Assembly (NCBI GenBank): GCA_963664115.2 | Contig: CAXWPJ010000007.1 | Location: forward strand, 32,001 to 96,000 | DNA: 64,000 nt | Direction of reading: 5' to 3' | From: Terriglobia bacterium | GTDB taxonomy: Bacteria; Acidobacteriota; Terriglobia; 20CM-2-55-15 | Position numbers and translations under genes: made by a program | Shown: in pieces, positions 19,556 to 29,955 of the stretch | How the letters are laid out: each line of letters begins with the position of its first letter | Position numbering within the stretch: the first letter of the stretch is position 1 | The notes under the pieces: model-generated | Database searches by the model: none | What the model was told of the DNA's origin: nothing | What the model saw: the letters and a program-made list of their open reading frames with translations, nothing else

Positions 19556-20257
19556 TCAGATGCCCATTTTCTTCTTGAGCTCAGCCAGCGAGTCGCTGGT
19601 CTCGGCCGAGCTGGGCACCGCAAGGGTTCTGTCAATCTCCTGGTCCAGGGTGACGCTCGCGTCTGTCATGTCTCCGTAAGCCTCGGCAAGCGACTCCTCC
19701 TCTATCACTTTGTCCTTCATCCTTTCCAGTAGTGCAATCGTACTGGAGGAGTCGGCGTTCGACATCTGCTGGTTGATTTTCCGCATCGATGTCGCCGTCT
19801 TGGCACGGGCTCTCAAGGTCACCAACTCGGTCTCGAAGCGGCTGATGGTTTCCTTCAGCGTTCCCACCTTCGCCTGGAGCTGGTCCCCCATGGATTTTTG
19901 CTGCTCGTAATCCTTCTTTAAGGAACCTGAGCGTTGGAGAGCCTCCTCCTTCTTGGTCAAGGCTTCAGTTGCCAGACGTTCCGCGTCAGCTTCGGGCAGA
20001 TCCCCGCTCTTCATTTTCTGGAGAAGAAGCATCGCTTTTCTTTCGTAATCCTTCGCAAGCTTTTTCTGGTCGTCCGAGTCTTTCTTGAAACGAATTGCGA
20101 TCGCTTTAACTTGCGCCAGACTCTGCATAGAGCCCTGCAGGTCTTTCTTCAGGTCGCGAATTCCCTGCTCGCTCATCTTGATCGGGTCTTCGAGCTTATC
20201 CGCGACCGAATGTGCCTGGGACTGCACGTTTTTGAAAATTCTTTGAAAAAAACTCAT
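19556..20257 (-). CDS. pspA: PspA/IM30 (bacterial ESCRT-III) family protein
   Basis: MSFFQRIF amphipathic N-terminus, LEDPIKMSEQGIRDL, coiled coil, LAELKKKMG. Confidence 0.92.
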   Translation of the reverse strand: MSFFQRIFKNVQSQAHSVADKLEDPIKMSEQGIRDLKKDLQGSMQSLAQVKAIAIRFKKDSDDQKKLAKDYERKAMLLLQKMKSGDLPEADAERLATEALTKKEEALQRSGSLKKDYEQQKSMGDQLQAKVGTLKETISRFETELVTLRARAKTATSMRKINQQMSNADSSSTIALLERMKDKVIEEESLAEAYGDMTDASVTLDQEIDRTLAVPSSAETSDSLAELKKKMGI

Positions 20258-20673
20258 TTGTCAGCTCCCCCCGACTGTCGGTGACTAAATTTCAGCAACT
20301 CTGGGCCGTTTTCGGCCAGGGCAAGCTCCAGCGACCGGATGGAGCCTTCCAACTCGTTACAATCCAGGTTTTCCAGTTGCAAGGTATCGCGGAAAAGGAC
20401 ACGGTTACCTTCTTCGTCATCGAGCACAAACGCTCCATGTACCATGGTTCGGTTCATCTGGAGGAGGCGTTTGAAGAAATCTCCAGCATCCTCGGGGACA
20501 TCCATGATGAGTTGTTCGAGGATGACGATTGGGGGTTCGCAGTCAATGATCAGGTTATGAATCCCATTCTCCTCATCCTCCACCACGATCAACTCTTCGG
20601 CTTCATCCTCGCTGACGATCTTGAGATCGATATCGAGCAGATAGCCCTTCACCAAGTCTAGGTTCTCGGACAT
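20254..20673 (-). CDS. YbjN/CesT-Tir chaperone-like protein
   Basis: LLQMNRTMVHGAFVLD...FRDTLQLENLD; acidic; overlaps the pspA start. Confidence 0.78.
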   Translation of the reverse strand: MSENLDLVKGYLLDIDLKIVSEDEAEELIVVEDEENGIHNLIIDCEPPIVILEQLIMDVPEDAGDFFKRLLQMNRTMVHGAFVLDDEEGNRVLFRDTLQLENLDCNELEGSIRSLELALAENGPELLKFSHRQSGGADK

Positions 20674-20675
20674 GT

Positions 20676-21065
20676 TTACTTCTCCTGTCTGTTTGTCTCG
20701 CTCTGGGACCGCTTCCGTAGCCGCTCGTAAGCACCGTTCAACCGTTGCGTCAGTTCATCGGCTATTTTTAGTTTCTCGAGATCTTTCGAATGCAGATCCG
20801 GGTGGTATTTCCGTAACAGCCGTATCCATGCCTTCCGGACCGTGGCAAGGCTGGAACCATAGGGCACCTCCAGGTTGGAATAGAGTTCGGCCAACTCCGG
20901 ATCGATGCGCTGGGCGTTAGATTCGATATTTCTGCTACCGTGGCCCGGCCCGTGGGCCCGAGTCTGCCTTTGGCGTCCACGTGCCCGATCAGCGTGAATC
21001 CGTCCGTTCGAGCCAGCGTGGATCTGGGCTCGAATGAGGCGGATCACGCGGGTTGCCAGTTCCAA
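20676..21065 (-). CDS. Small J-domain co-chaperone
   Basis: VRKAWIRLLRKYHPD...LNGAYE. Confidence 0.85.
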   Translation of the reverse strand: MELATRVIRLIRAQIHAGSNGRIHADRARGRQRQTRAHGPGHGSRNIESNAQRIDPELAELYSNLEVPYGSSLATVRKAWIRLLRKYHPDLHSKDLEKLKIADELTQRLNGAYERLRKRSQSETNRQEK

Positions 21066-21194
21066 TCAATCAGCTCCCTCGAAGACAGGTTTTCAATGAC
21101 GACATTGCGCGCTCATCAGAATCATAACTCAATAGGTTATATTTGGCGGTATTGATAAGCTCGCGTTCGTCAGTGAAGGGATGACTCGATCACC

Positions 21195-22253
21195 ATGCTC
21201 AGGTTGATTATGGAATGGTTCCGGCGCTTCAGGCCGGAAAGACACGGCGAAATCCGTAAGGTAATCCTCTTGTTTTCCGCCCTGACCGCCCTGGGTGCGG
21301 TCGGTTATAGACTTTTCGAGGGTGCTGCCGATCCCGAGCTGTCCTGGAACGATGCCATTTGGTGGTCGATCGTTACGATGACGACCGTGGGATACGGGGA
21401 CTATTTTCCAACGACCGCCTACGGTCGCTACCTGGTGGCGATTCCACTGATGTTTGTCGGCATCGGCATCCTTGGCTACTTGCTCTCGGTGATGGCAACT
21501 GCGTTGATTGAGTCGAGGTCAAAGGAGTTGAAAGGCATGACAGATCTCCACGTTGAATCCCATGTGCTCGTAGTGAATTTTCAAAGTGAAGGCCGGAATC
21601 TAGAGATTGTCAAGGAGCTGCGGGAGGACTCCAAGACAAAGGACCTTGCAATAGTGTTGGTCGATGACCACCTCGACGAGCTGCCGCCCGAACTGGGGAA
21701 ACTGGGTGTCCGTTTTGTGAAGGGCAACCCATCGAGGGAAAGTGTCCTGCGGCGCGCATGCGTCGACAAGGCGCGTTATGCGATCGTTCTTGCCTCGGAA
21801 GTGGACCCATCGCGCGCCGATGACCATACTCTTGCCGCGGCCCTTACAATCGAATCGATCAACCCCAACATCTTCACGGTCGCCGAATGCCTCGACCCTG
21901 AGCGTGTGGGACTGATGCGCCGATCGGGATGCGACAGCGTGGTCTGCGTGTCCGGTCTCGCATCGTCCTTCTTGGTTCAGGAGGTTTGCGATCCTGGCAT
22001 GCATGCCGTCGTCAACGAACTGATGTCAAACAGATTTGGTCAACAAGTCTACATCGTTCCGGTTGAACAAATGCAAAACTGGGAATTTTCTGAGCTGCAG
22101 GCACATCTTTCACGAAAAGGGTACCTTGTATTGGGAATACAACGCGGCAGCGAGGCACTGCTCAACCCAGGGAATGCGTACAAGATCGAAGCGAGCGATC
22201 ACGTCATCTGCATGGGGCCACACAGGCCCGCTCCGGTTCGGATCTCGAGCTAG
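21195..22253 (+). CDS. Potassium channel with RCK (TrkA-N/C) domains
   Basis: TMTTVGYGD selectivity filter, 2 TM segments, cytoplasmic RCK. Confidence 0.92.
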   Translation: MLRLIMEWFRRFRPERHGEIRKVILLFSALTALGAVGYRLFEGAADPELSWNDAIWWSIVTMTTVGYGDYFPTTAYGRYLVAIPLMFVGIGILGYLLSVMATALIESRSKELKGMTDLHVESHVLVVNFQSEGRNLEIVKELREDSKTKDLAIVLVDDHLDELPPELGKLGVRFVKGNPSRESVLRRACVDKARYAIVLASEVDPSRADDHTLAAALTIESINPNIFTVAECLDPERVGLMRRSGCDSVVCVSGLASSFLVQEVCDPGMHAVVNELMSNRFGQQVYIVPVEQMQNWEFSELQAHLSRKGYLVLGIQRGSEALLNPGNAYKIEASDHVICMGPHRPAPVRISS

Positions 22254-23017
22254 CGATCTTTGGTCGGTGACTGCGCCTTAGAACGTTTCCAGAATGCGGA
22301 TAGTCCTAACACCAGAACGCCCACTGAGATTGCTCCACAAACAACACCCCAGAACCAATACGGCAAGAATAGTAGATCTGCGAGCTGTGCAACGTCGGAG
22401 GGCATAGCTCCGGCACCAGTCATCGCGGTCTTGGTGAAGAGATAGTCCGCGCGCGAGAAAACACTGAGTGCCATCTGTACGGCTAGGACTGCGACAGTAA
22501 ACTGAGCGATTCCGGCACCAAAGCGTCTACCCACATAGAACAGGCTTCCACCCACTGCTCCGACGAAAGCAAACCCAAAGACGTTGCGTATGACCAGGAC
22601 GCAGGCAGCAATCATTAATGCTCCGAATGCCATGAGCGCGATCTGTGCAAGGCGCGCGCGGGCGGACAACCAAAACAAGAATGCTCCTGCAACTGCCGGT
22701 CCAATGAGCCCGCCCGCCGCTGTGGCCGCACGGCTCAATCGGCCCGCGGCGCCTCCTATCATGGCTACCCCGGACCCGTCAGCGTAGAGTCGGAAAGAAT
22801 CGAACTCCAGGCCAACCAACATTGCCGTCAGTCCGTGGCCCATTTCATGGGCCACGGTTGACAAGAGAAGAATCGGATAACCGACAACTCCACCAAAGGG
22901 AAGCAATGGCGCCAAGATGCCGACGGCTGTGGCCGCAGTCAACGCAGCTCTCGCACGCGCTCGGTCTGAGGATCCCTGGCGAATTCGTAAGGAATCGAAA
23001 AGTCGCTCGAAATTCAT
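22250..23017 (-). CDS. M50B-like intramembrane metallopeptidase
   Basis: HEMGH, GGLIGP, SD motif, multi-TM. Confidence 0.85.
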   Translation of the reverse strand: MNFERLFDSLRIRQGSSDRARARAALTAATAVGILAPLLPFGGVVGYPILLLSTVAHEMGHGLTAMLVGLEFDSFRLYADGSGVAMIGGAAGRLSRAATAAGGLIGPAVAGAFLFWLSARARLAQIALMAFGALMIAACVLVIRNVFGFAFVGAVGGSLFYVGRRFGAGIAQFTVAVLAVQMALSVFSRADYLFTKTAMTGAGAMPSDVAQLADLLFLPYWFWGVVCGAISVGVLVLGLSAFWKRSKAQSPTKDR

Positions 23018-23156
23018 ATCGCTCGAGAGGGAATCGTTCCTGACAACTGAAACCGTCGCGTGCCTAACGCGTGCGGCTGAAGAACTGCGACCTCATGCAC
23101 TCGCCCAACTTTGAACACTCCACGAGCCCCCGCAACAGTCAGAGTCTTCCCTCGAC

Positions 23157-23315
23157 CTATAATAGACAGTTGACCCCTCGCCGTTCACCTGCCAGTTGTT
23201 GAAGCTTGAGGTTGAGCTTATAGGCGACGACCTTCGCCTTACGGAGCAGTTCTGTCGTTGAAAAGGATGGGTTCAAGGCGTCCCGCTGCAGTTCGAGGAC
23301 TATTGGGTCAGGCAT
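23157..23315 (-). pseudogene. AbiTii-domain N-terminal fragment
   Basis: IVLELQRDALNPSFSTTELLRKAKVVAYKLNL resembles the AbiTii start, then diverges and stops at 52 aa. Confidence 0.7.
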
Positions 23316-23394
23316 AGCGTGGCAACCTATGGCAACCAGAGGCGAGAAAACGAAAAAGGCCGCCACTTTGGCAGCCTAACTTCTTTGTTTTCAA

Positions 23395-23468
<74 letters not shown>

Positions 23469-23527
23469 GAAACAGGATTTGGACTACGTCTGGCCGCTCT
23501 ACCGCATGACAGGGCTGGGGTCAGGGG

Positions 23528-24106
23528 TCACAGGATACGCAACAAGCGTTTCGACTCCTCCAGCAACCGATCCAAATCAAGAGGTTTGGGTAAGAAACAG
23601 TCCGCTCCCGCCTGAAGAATCTTCGATTCAACTTCCGGTTGTCCACTGATCGCAATGATCGCGGTGCGGTTAGCTGGATTTTCCTTGATTCGACGGCAGA
23701 CTTCGAGCCCATCCACCCCGGGGATGAGTATATCGAGGACGATCAGGTCCGGATGCGAGCGCCCGATTTCAATCAAGGCCGTAATACCATCTGAGGCGGC
23801 GTTGACCTCGTATGCATCCTCCCGCTCGAAAAAGGTCGTCAGGACCTTGACGATACTGTCTTCGTCTTCAACGATCAGCACCTTGAGCTTTTCTGCCGTG
23901 AGTGCCGCGGGGACAGGTATCTGGTGCTTTCTCAGGAAAGCCAGCAAGTCCTCCCGGCTGATGCGGCGATGTCCCCCGGGTGTCCGATAGGAATTGAGCA
24001 AGTCCTGCTCAATCCAGTTGATCATAGACCGGGGATTGACCTGCAGTAACTTGCTGACTTCGTGGGTCGTAAAGATGTCTTTGTTCGGGTTAGTACTTGC
24101 AGCCAT
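23528..24106 (-). CDS. Response regulator with N-terminal excisionase-like HTH
   Basis: TTHEVSKLL...TPGGHRRI then REC (VEDE, VLDILIPGVDG, KP). Confidence 0.88.
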   Translation of the reverse strand: MAASTNPNKDIFTTHEVSKLLQVNPRSMINWIEQDLLNSYRTPGGHRRISREDLLAFLRKHQIPVPAALTAEKLKVLIVEDEDSIVKVLTTFFEREDAYEVNAASDGITALIEIGRSHPDLIVLDILIPGVDGLEVCRRIKENPANRTAIIAISGQPEVESKILQAGADCFLPKPLDLDRLLEESKRLLRIL

Positions 24107-24308
24107 CCAGCGTTCCTGCCGCGCCAGGTGGGGCCGGGGACGCGTTGCCTCGTTCGATACCAATCGAATTCGACCCGGCGGAGCCGAATTTCCATTTTCG
24201 CGCCGGTTCCGAACCCGCATCTTCTACCAGTGGTCCCCGTCACCCTCCCCACATCGACTATCGAGGACCGTATGCGAGCCGGTATAACGTAACATACTGA
24301 CATTCCTT

Positions 24309-24803
24309 ATGGGAATCGCTATTCGGGATTGGCAGCCTTCGGATTTCGAGCGGATTACTTCGCTTTGGTTGTCCGCTTATGCGCTTGTCTCCCTCCCGGA
24401 CGCGCCACTGCGAAGCGACGCAAACCGGGTGCTGACCGAGTGGCTGGACGATCGATTTCGGGACCGGCGGTCCCTGGGTTATGTCGGAGAACGGGACGGC
24501 GATTTCGCTGGATTCGTACTGGGACGCATTGGCGAGTGGGAGTCGGATCCCCCCATTCTCAAGCGGCGCCGGATTGGACTGATCGACGTGGTGTACGTCC
24601 TGGAAGTGCATCGCAGGTACGGGGTCGCAAGCGCTTTGGTGCAATTTGTCATCGAACGCGCCCGGGCACGCGGTGCGACCGCGCTTGAGACAAGCTTTGA
24701 GACTGCTAACGAACCGGCCACCAGGCTCTGGTGGAGTTTGGGTTTCAAGCCCTGGATCGAGCGTGCCTACCGTCCGATCAGATCCTCAAGCTCAAACGAC
24801 TGA
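24309..24803 (+). CDS. GNAT acetyltransferase
   Basis: VYVLEVHRRYGVA, NEPATRLWWSLGF. Confidence 0.85.
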   Translation: MGIAIRDWQPSDFERITSLWLSAYALVSLPDAPLRSDANRVLTEWLDDRFRDRRSLGYVGERDGDFAGFVLGRIGEWESDPPILKRRRIGLIDVVYVLEVHRRYGVASALVQFVIERARARGATALETSFETANEPATRLWWSLGFKPWIERAYRPIRSSSSND

Positions 24804-24930
24804 GATGGAACGCATGGCATCTAAAAGGCTTCGAAAGCTAAGCTGTGGGTCCAGCCCTGTCGCACCTGATTGCTAAACTACCCCGACGTCGGCCGAACGC
24901 GATGATGCCCAAGGGCCTGAAAGTTGGAGT

Positions 24931-25734
24931 ATGACGGTGAAAATAGTCACCTGCATGAAACTGGTTCCCGATCCCACCGCGCGCCTCCTCATAAACGAAA
25001 GTAAAAGCTGGATCCAAGAGACAGACCTGAGCTTCGTCCTCAACGAAGCGGACAGCTATGCTCTCGAAGAAGCGCTGGCACTCAAAGAAAAACACGGCGG
25101 GGAAGTGATAGCCCTTTCCGTGGGACAGGAGTCGACCTTACGGATACTTCGCCAGGGACTGGCCACCGGCGCAGATCGGGCAATTTTTCTTTCTGACAAG
25201 CGGTTTCGAGGTTCCGACGAGTTTGTGACGGCACAGATCATCGCGCGGGCTGTGGACAAAGACGGAGGAGCCGACCTGGTGCTCACGGGTGTGCAATCCG
25301 ATGATTTGGGCACGGGTACGACGGGAGTGATGGTGGCTGAGTTACTCGGATGGCCGCACGCCAGTGTCGTCATCAGCGTGGACGCGGCACCGGAAGAGAG
25401 GCGCGTTCGGGTCAGACGGGAGCTCGAAGGTGGCATAACCGAAGAGGTCGAATTGGAATCCCCCTGTGTTTTGACGCTGCAGTACGGGATCAATCAGCCA
25501 CGGTATCCATCGCTGAAGGGAATAATGGCGGCCAAAAAAAAGGAACTTCGGAAATGGGACCTGGAAGATCTTGAGCTGGGAGACGATGCGGTGGGTGTGT
25601 CCGGAAGTATGGTTGAGGTCGCCGCTGTCTTCGTCCCTGAACGAACCGGCGATGTAGAGATCATCTCCGGCAGCCCCGCGGAAGCGGCTGCCCGGCTGGT
25701 TGAAAAATTGAGAAAAGAAGCAAAAGCCTTGTAG
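24931..25734 (+). CDS. etfB: Electron transfer flavoprotein beta subunit
   Basis: KLVPD, ALEEAL, GVQSDD, PRYPSLKGIMAAKKK. Confidence 0.95.
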   Translation: MTVKIVTCMKLVPDPTARLLINESKSWIQETDLSFVLNEADSYALEEALALKEKHGGEVIALSVGQESTLRILRQGLATGADRAIFLSDKRFRGSDEFVTAQIIARAVDKDGGADLVLTGVQSDDLGTGTTGVMVAELLGWPHASVVISVDAAPEERRVRVRRELEGGITEEVELESPCVLTLQYGINQPRYPSLKGIMAAKKKELRKWDLEDLELGDDAVGVSGSMVEVAAVFVPERTGDVEIISGSPAEAAARLVEKLRKEAKAL

Positions 25735-25744
25735 GTGTGCTCTT

Positions 25745-26767
25745 GTGATATTGGCACTGACGGAACACGAAAACCAAAACTTCAAGCCCCTGACGCGTGA
25801 ATTACTGGGCATGGCCCGGCGCCTCGGGCAGGAACTCGAGGAACCGGTGGCGGCGGTGGTCCTCGGATCGGGGGTGGACGGACTGGTTCCAGAGCTCGGG
25901 GCCCTGGGTATCGATCGTGTATTCACCGTGGATGATCCCGCGCTTTCCGCCTATAGCCCGGATGCCTACCTCGCTGCGCTGGGGGCCGTGACCGACGCCC
26001 TGACGAGGGGACCGGACGCGGGGCCAAAAGGGATTCCGAACAGTCGAAGACCCTATCTCGTGATGGCGGGGCATGCGGGTATCGGACCGGATTTGCTTCC
26101 GCGAATGGCGGCGCAGTTGAGGCGGCCCCTGGTGGCGGCCTGCGTGGATATTGAGAAGCAGGGCGAACGGTTGTTTATGACCCGCCAGATTTTTAACGCG
26201 AAGATGCACATGAGGGTATCGCTCCGCGGGGAGGCGCCGTATTTTGCGACGATAGCGCCGGGTGCGTTTCCGGTCTCCGAAGTCGCTGAAGAAGACAGGG
26301 TCCGGCCGGAGACGGTTCCGATCGAACTGGGGGAAGTGCATATCCGCCAGAGGGTGATCGGCAGGGAAGAGACCGCCACAGGCGCACTCGACTTTGGGTC
26401 GGCTTCCACCATAGTTTCCGGAGGCCGGGGACTCAAGGCTCCTGAGAATGTGGCGCTTGTCGTCGAATTAGCTCAGGCATTGGGGGGCGCGGTCGGGGCG
26501 TCCCGGCCTGTCGTCGACGCGGGATGGTTGCCACGTGAACACCAGATCGGCAGTTCCGGTCAGACAGTGTCTCCAAAGCTGTACTTCGCCATCGGCATTT
26601 CCGGAGCGATTCAGCATCTGGTGGGCATGCAGACCGCGCAATGCATCGTTGCGATCAACAAAGATGCGGATGCTCCAATTTTCAAGGTAGCGCAGTACGG
26701 CATCGTGGGCGATCTTTTCGAGATCGTTCCGGAAATCACAAAGATAATCAACGACCTGAACGCCTAG
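25745..26767 (+). CDS. etfA: Electron transfer flavoprotein alpha subunit
   Basis: VSGGRG, GASRPVVD, QIGSSGQTV, GISGAIQH, AINKD. Confidence 0.95.
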   Translation: MILALTEHENQNFKPLTRELLGMARRLGQELEEPVAAVVLGSGVDGLVPELGALGIDRVFTVDDPALSAYSPDAYLAALGAVTDALTRGPDAGPKGIPNSRRPYLVMAGHAGIGPDLLPRMAAQLRRPLVAACVDIEKQGERLFMTRQIFNAKMHMRVSLRGEAPYFATIAPGAFPVSEVAEEDRVRPETVPIELGEVHIRQRVIGREETATGALDFGSASTIVSGGRGLKAPENVALVVELAQALGGAVGASRPVVDAGWLPREHQIGSSGQTVSPKLYFAIGISGAIQHLVGMQTAQCIVAINKDADAPIFKVAQYGIVGDLFEIVPEITKIINDLNA

Positions 26768-26899
26768 CAGTCGGGCAGCACTCGAACGTTTGATTCGGAT
26801 CAGCCGATTTGAATTTATTTGCATCCTTTCGAATAGAAACACCTAGAATCGACCGTGCAGGGACTTCAAATTAGAGTCGTCGTCAGGGGGAAGCGCAGT

Positions 26900-27301
26900 A
26901 TGCAGAACGCTTCGTTGTTGATCGGGCTCTGCCTGATCCTGGCGTTGGCACCGAACGGCTGGAAGGACTGTTTCGAGAAGCGGTTCCGATATTACCAGGG
27001 GATGCGTCTCCAAGCCGCGGTAATGATCGCCAGCAAGGCGGCCGCAGAGGCTGTTGCGGTTGCGAATGCGACTAATCTGGAAGCGGCGACAACGGCACAC
27101 GGAATCATTGGAAAAGGCTCGCGGCATCTGTCATTCTCAGTTTCGTGGGAAAGCTCCGGATGGGTCTTTTCGCTTCAAGACAGAGGAGTTAGGCAGTCGA
27201 CATATCGGCTCGACCGGAGGGAAAACGATCCCATCCGAGTGGACCAGATACCGGACCAGCGAAGCGCCTGCCTGGAGAAATACGGCAGGACGTTAATTTA
27301 A
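26900..27301 (+). CDS. Hypothetical exported protein
   Basis: Signal-like N-terminus MQNASLLIGLCLILALA; followed by a terminator. Confidence 0.5.
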   Translation: MQNASLLIGLCLILALAPNGWKDCFEKRFRYYQGMRLQAAVMIASKAAAEAVAVANATNLEAATTAHGIIGKGSRHLSFSVSWESSGWVFSLQDRGVRQSTYRLDRRENDPIRVDQIPDQRSACLEKYGRTLI

Positions 27302-27381
27302 TTGACTTTCATTGGGAAGGACGAGTAGCCTTCTATCAGTGAGTGGTGTCTAAAAGAAAGATTTCCTCCACCATCCTACTC

Positions 27382-27411
27382 TCCCCGCGGCCGAGCCGCG
27401 GGGATTTTTTT
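27382..27411 (+). terminator. Rho-independent terminator
   Basis: TCCCCGCGG-ccgag-CCGCGGGGA followed by T7. Confidence 0.8.
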
Positions 27412-27666
27412 GTGCCACCCATCCCGGCCGACACCCCCTTAAGCAACGCACCCGCGTTATCAATCCATGGCACCATCGGGAACTTTGCCTATCGTGGACA
27501 GCGAATATCAAGTCTGCAGCAGATGTCCTCAGAGTCCGTGACGAAGCATTGGGCCGTGCTTAGCGACCGCTTGCATTCCGGCAATGACAGTTGCGACCGA
27601 GTCCCGTTTCTCAAGAAGCGATCTCTAGTGATACAGAACAAATACGACTACAGTGAGGGCCCAAAG

Positions 27667-27864
27667 ATGACGATTACGAGAAATGAGAGCTCATCCGAGC
27701 ATGGTGTGATGATGCGTTTATTGCGACAGCTGCTTTTTTTTGGCCTTCTGTTTGAAGGATTGGGAATGCTTTCCCTGAAAGTTTTGCTTGCCATTGTTGC
27801 AATTTGTTTGGCTATTGTTATGTGCGCTCATTTTGTATGCAATCGCGACGTTAATTCCGCTTGA
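27667..27864 (+). CDS. Small membrane protein
   Basis: Two hydrophobic segments in 65 aa; lower GC. Confidence 0.35.
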   Translation: MTITRNESSSEHGVMMRLLRQLLFFGLLFEGLGMLSLKVLLAIVAICLAIVMCAHFVCNRDVNSA

Positions 27865-28350
27865 TTCTCCTCTGCCGAGGTAATACCCTAAGCAACCTGT
27901 TCCGGAAACCATCGATACGATTTTCCTCTCTTCCGGTCTCGACAGCGTTCACTGCGACACGAAACGCTGGGTGCGACCCGAGGGGGTCCGTTGCTTCATC
28001 CGGCCCGACAAGTTCCAAGCTGATTTGATGAACTTGCGGTTGTAGGATGGCTGTGTCGATTGACTGCAGTCTTAGCAGCATTCGAGTAGTGCAAGAGTTG
28101 GGGCACGAGTTTTTATCCGTACTTTCTCCCTTCGTAGTACCTCGATCGATGTATCCGGTTTCGTTAGAGCAGTAGGTGCGACGCGGCCAATCGGCGGCGG
28201 AGCGCCCACCGAACCCTTTCGAATGAGTGATGGGGGACGTGATAGGGAACGGTTGAGGCGCAGTCGTTTTGAATAGCCCGTCATGCAGGAAGCTGACGCT
28301 CCCTTCGGCGGACCTCTATCCCGCACGCAGGGACACACCCCATTACTTGT

Positions 28351-29805
28351 TTGACGATGCCGACAGCGACAATTCAAGTTCTGATTCTTGCCAGCGACAA
28401 GCGACTCGAAGAAGTCCTGACTGGAACACTCGCCGGGTGCGGGGTCAAAAGCGTCAGCGCTTCGATTCTTGAGGGTGCCGCGTTGCGCATCCAGGACGAA
28501 TGTCCCGAGTTAATCCTCGCCGACCTCGACTCGACCGGAGCAGACGCCCTGGACTTGATCGCCGATCTGCGACAGTCGGACTTCGCGGGAACCATCATTG
28601 TGCTTGCGGGTAAAAGCTCGATGTTCCGCGCGTGCGAGGCACTGGAAAAAGGCGCCACCGGGTATCTCAGAAAACCCGTCGAGGCTTGGGAGCTCGCCCT
28701 GGCCGTTAAAGAATCGGCAGCCCGCTTTGATCGTTCCCGGGAAAAAACGGCAGAAGACGCCACGGCCCAGATCTATGGGTCCAGTCCCGAGATCCAGACC
28801 GTCTTGAAAATTGTGGACCAGGTTGCGAGTCGGGACGACCACCTGACGTTGTTTGGAGAGGCGGGTTCCGGCAAGCGATTGATCGGCCGGTTGATCCATA
28901 GTTACAGCGAGCGCAAGCAGGCACGTTTCATGAGTCTCGGCTGCTCGGGATTGAGTGAATCGGTAATCGATCGGGAACTGTTCGGTTACCGGGATCCACA
29001 GGGAGAGACTGCGGGCAAGCGACACGCCGGTTGTCTCGAGTTGTGTGAGGGTGGCACCGTGCTGCTCGACGAAGTTGGCAACCTGCCGCGACGGACACAG
29101 GAAAAGTTACTGCGATGCATGACGCGGCGGAGTCTCCACGTGGGCGGGCCGGTTGTCCGAACTTTCAACGTTCGAATTATCGCGACGTCGAGCCAGAATC
29201 TCGAAGAGAGAGTGCGTGCAGGTCGCTTTCACCGGGAGTTCTTCGATCGCTTACAGAGTATCCAGATTCCTGTCCCCGCCCTGCGACAGCACCGATCAGA
29301 CATTCCGATTCTGATCGACCAATATATCCGAAGTGCAGCCCGCATCGAGGGTAAGGTGCTCAATGGGGTGTCACCGGGAGCGTTGGCACGGCTGATGCAG
29401 TATGACTGGCCTGGAAACGTGCGTGAATTGAAGGACATGATCAGACATGCCGTCTCGGGTGCAGAGGGCCCGGTACTCGGTGATCAAGACCTCCCTTCGT
29501 TGCCCGAGCCTGTCGGATCCGGCCCGGATGTCATGGTTATGGGATCAACGATTCAGGAAGTCGAAAAAGAAGCAATTTTAGGTACGCTTGAAGCAGCGGG
29601 CGGATCGACAAGCCGGGCAGCGAAGATTCTTGAAATGAGCGTTCGCAAAATCCAGTACAAACTCAAGGAATACCGTCAGGAAGCGGCTACGGCCGTTCGC
29701 CTGGAAACAGTCCGAAGTGTTCCCCCGGCCCAGGCACCCCTATCAAAGAAGACCCTTCCCCTAAAAAAGACCGTTTTCGTGGCCCATTCAGATCGGCCGG
29801 AGTGA
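28351..29805 (+). CDS. NtrC-like REC-AAA+-Fis HTH regulator with degenerate GAFTGA loop
   Basis: GEAGSGK, LLDEVG, WPGNVREL, Fis HTH; ELFGYRDPQGETA in place of ELFGHEKGAFTGA. Confidence 0.9.
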   Translation: MTMPTATIQVLILASDKRLEEVLTGTLAGCGVKSVSASILEGAALRIQDECPELILADLDSTGADALDLIADLRQSDFAGTIIVLAGKSSMFRACEALEKGATGYLRKPVEAWELALAVKESAARFDRSREKTAEDATAQIYGSSPEIQTVLKIVDQVASRDDHLTLFGEAGSGKRLIGRLIHSYSERKQARFMSLGCSGLSESVIDRELFGYRDPQGETAGKRHAGCLELCEGGTVLLDEVGNLPRRTQEKLLRCMTRRSLHVGGPVVRTFNVRIIATSSQNLEERVRAGRFHREFFDRLQSIQIPVPALRQHRSDIPILIDQYIRSAARIEGKVLNGVSPGALARLMQYDWPGNVRELKDMIRHAVSGAEGPVLGDQDLPSLPEPVGSGPDVMVMGSTIQEVEKEAILGTLEAAGGSTSRAAKILEMSVRKIQYKLKEYRQEAATAVRLETVRSVPPAQAPLSKKTLPLKKTVFVAHSDRPE

Positions 29806-29955
29806 GCCGAGCCGCTCGAGGTTCCCCCTGCATCCATTAGTCGCAGTCTGCGTACCTTTGCGGTCGCGAATCGCGAGACCGTCAGGCTCGCCCTCCGCAT
29901 ATGTGCCTGCCGGCATGGCTTTGGGCTAAGGTGGTCGACGTGCTTCGTGAGGGCC

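Noticed and set aside
27343-27666. N-terminal part of ORF 27343..27864
   Set aside because: Runs through a terminator hairpin and looks non-coding
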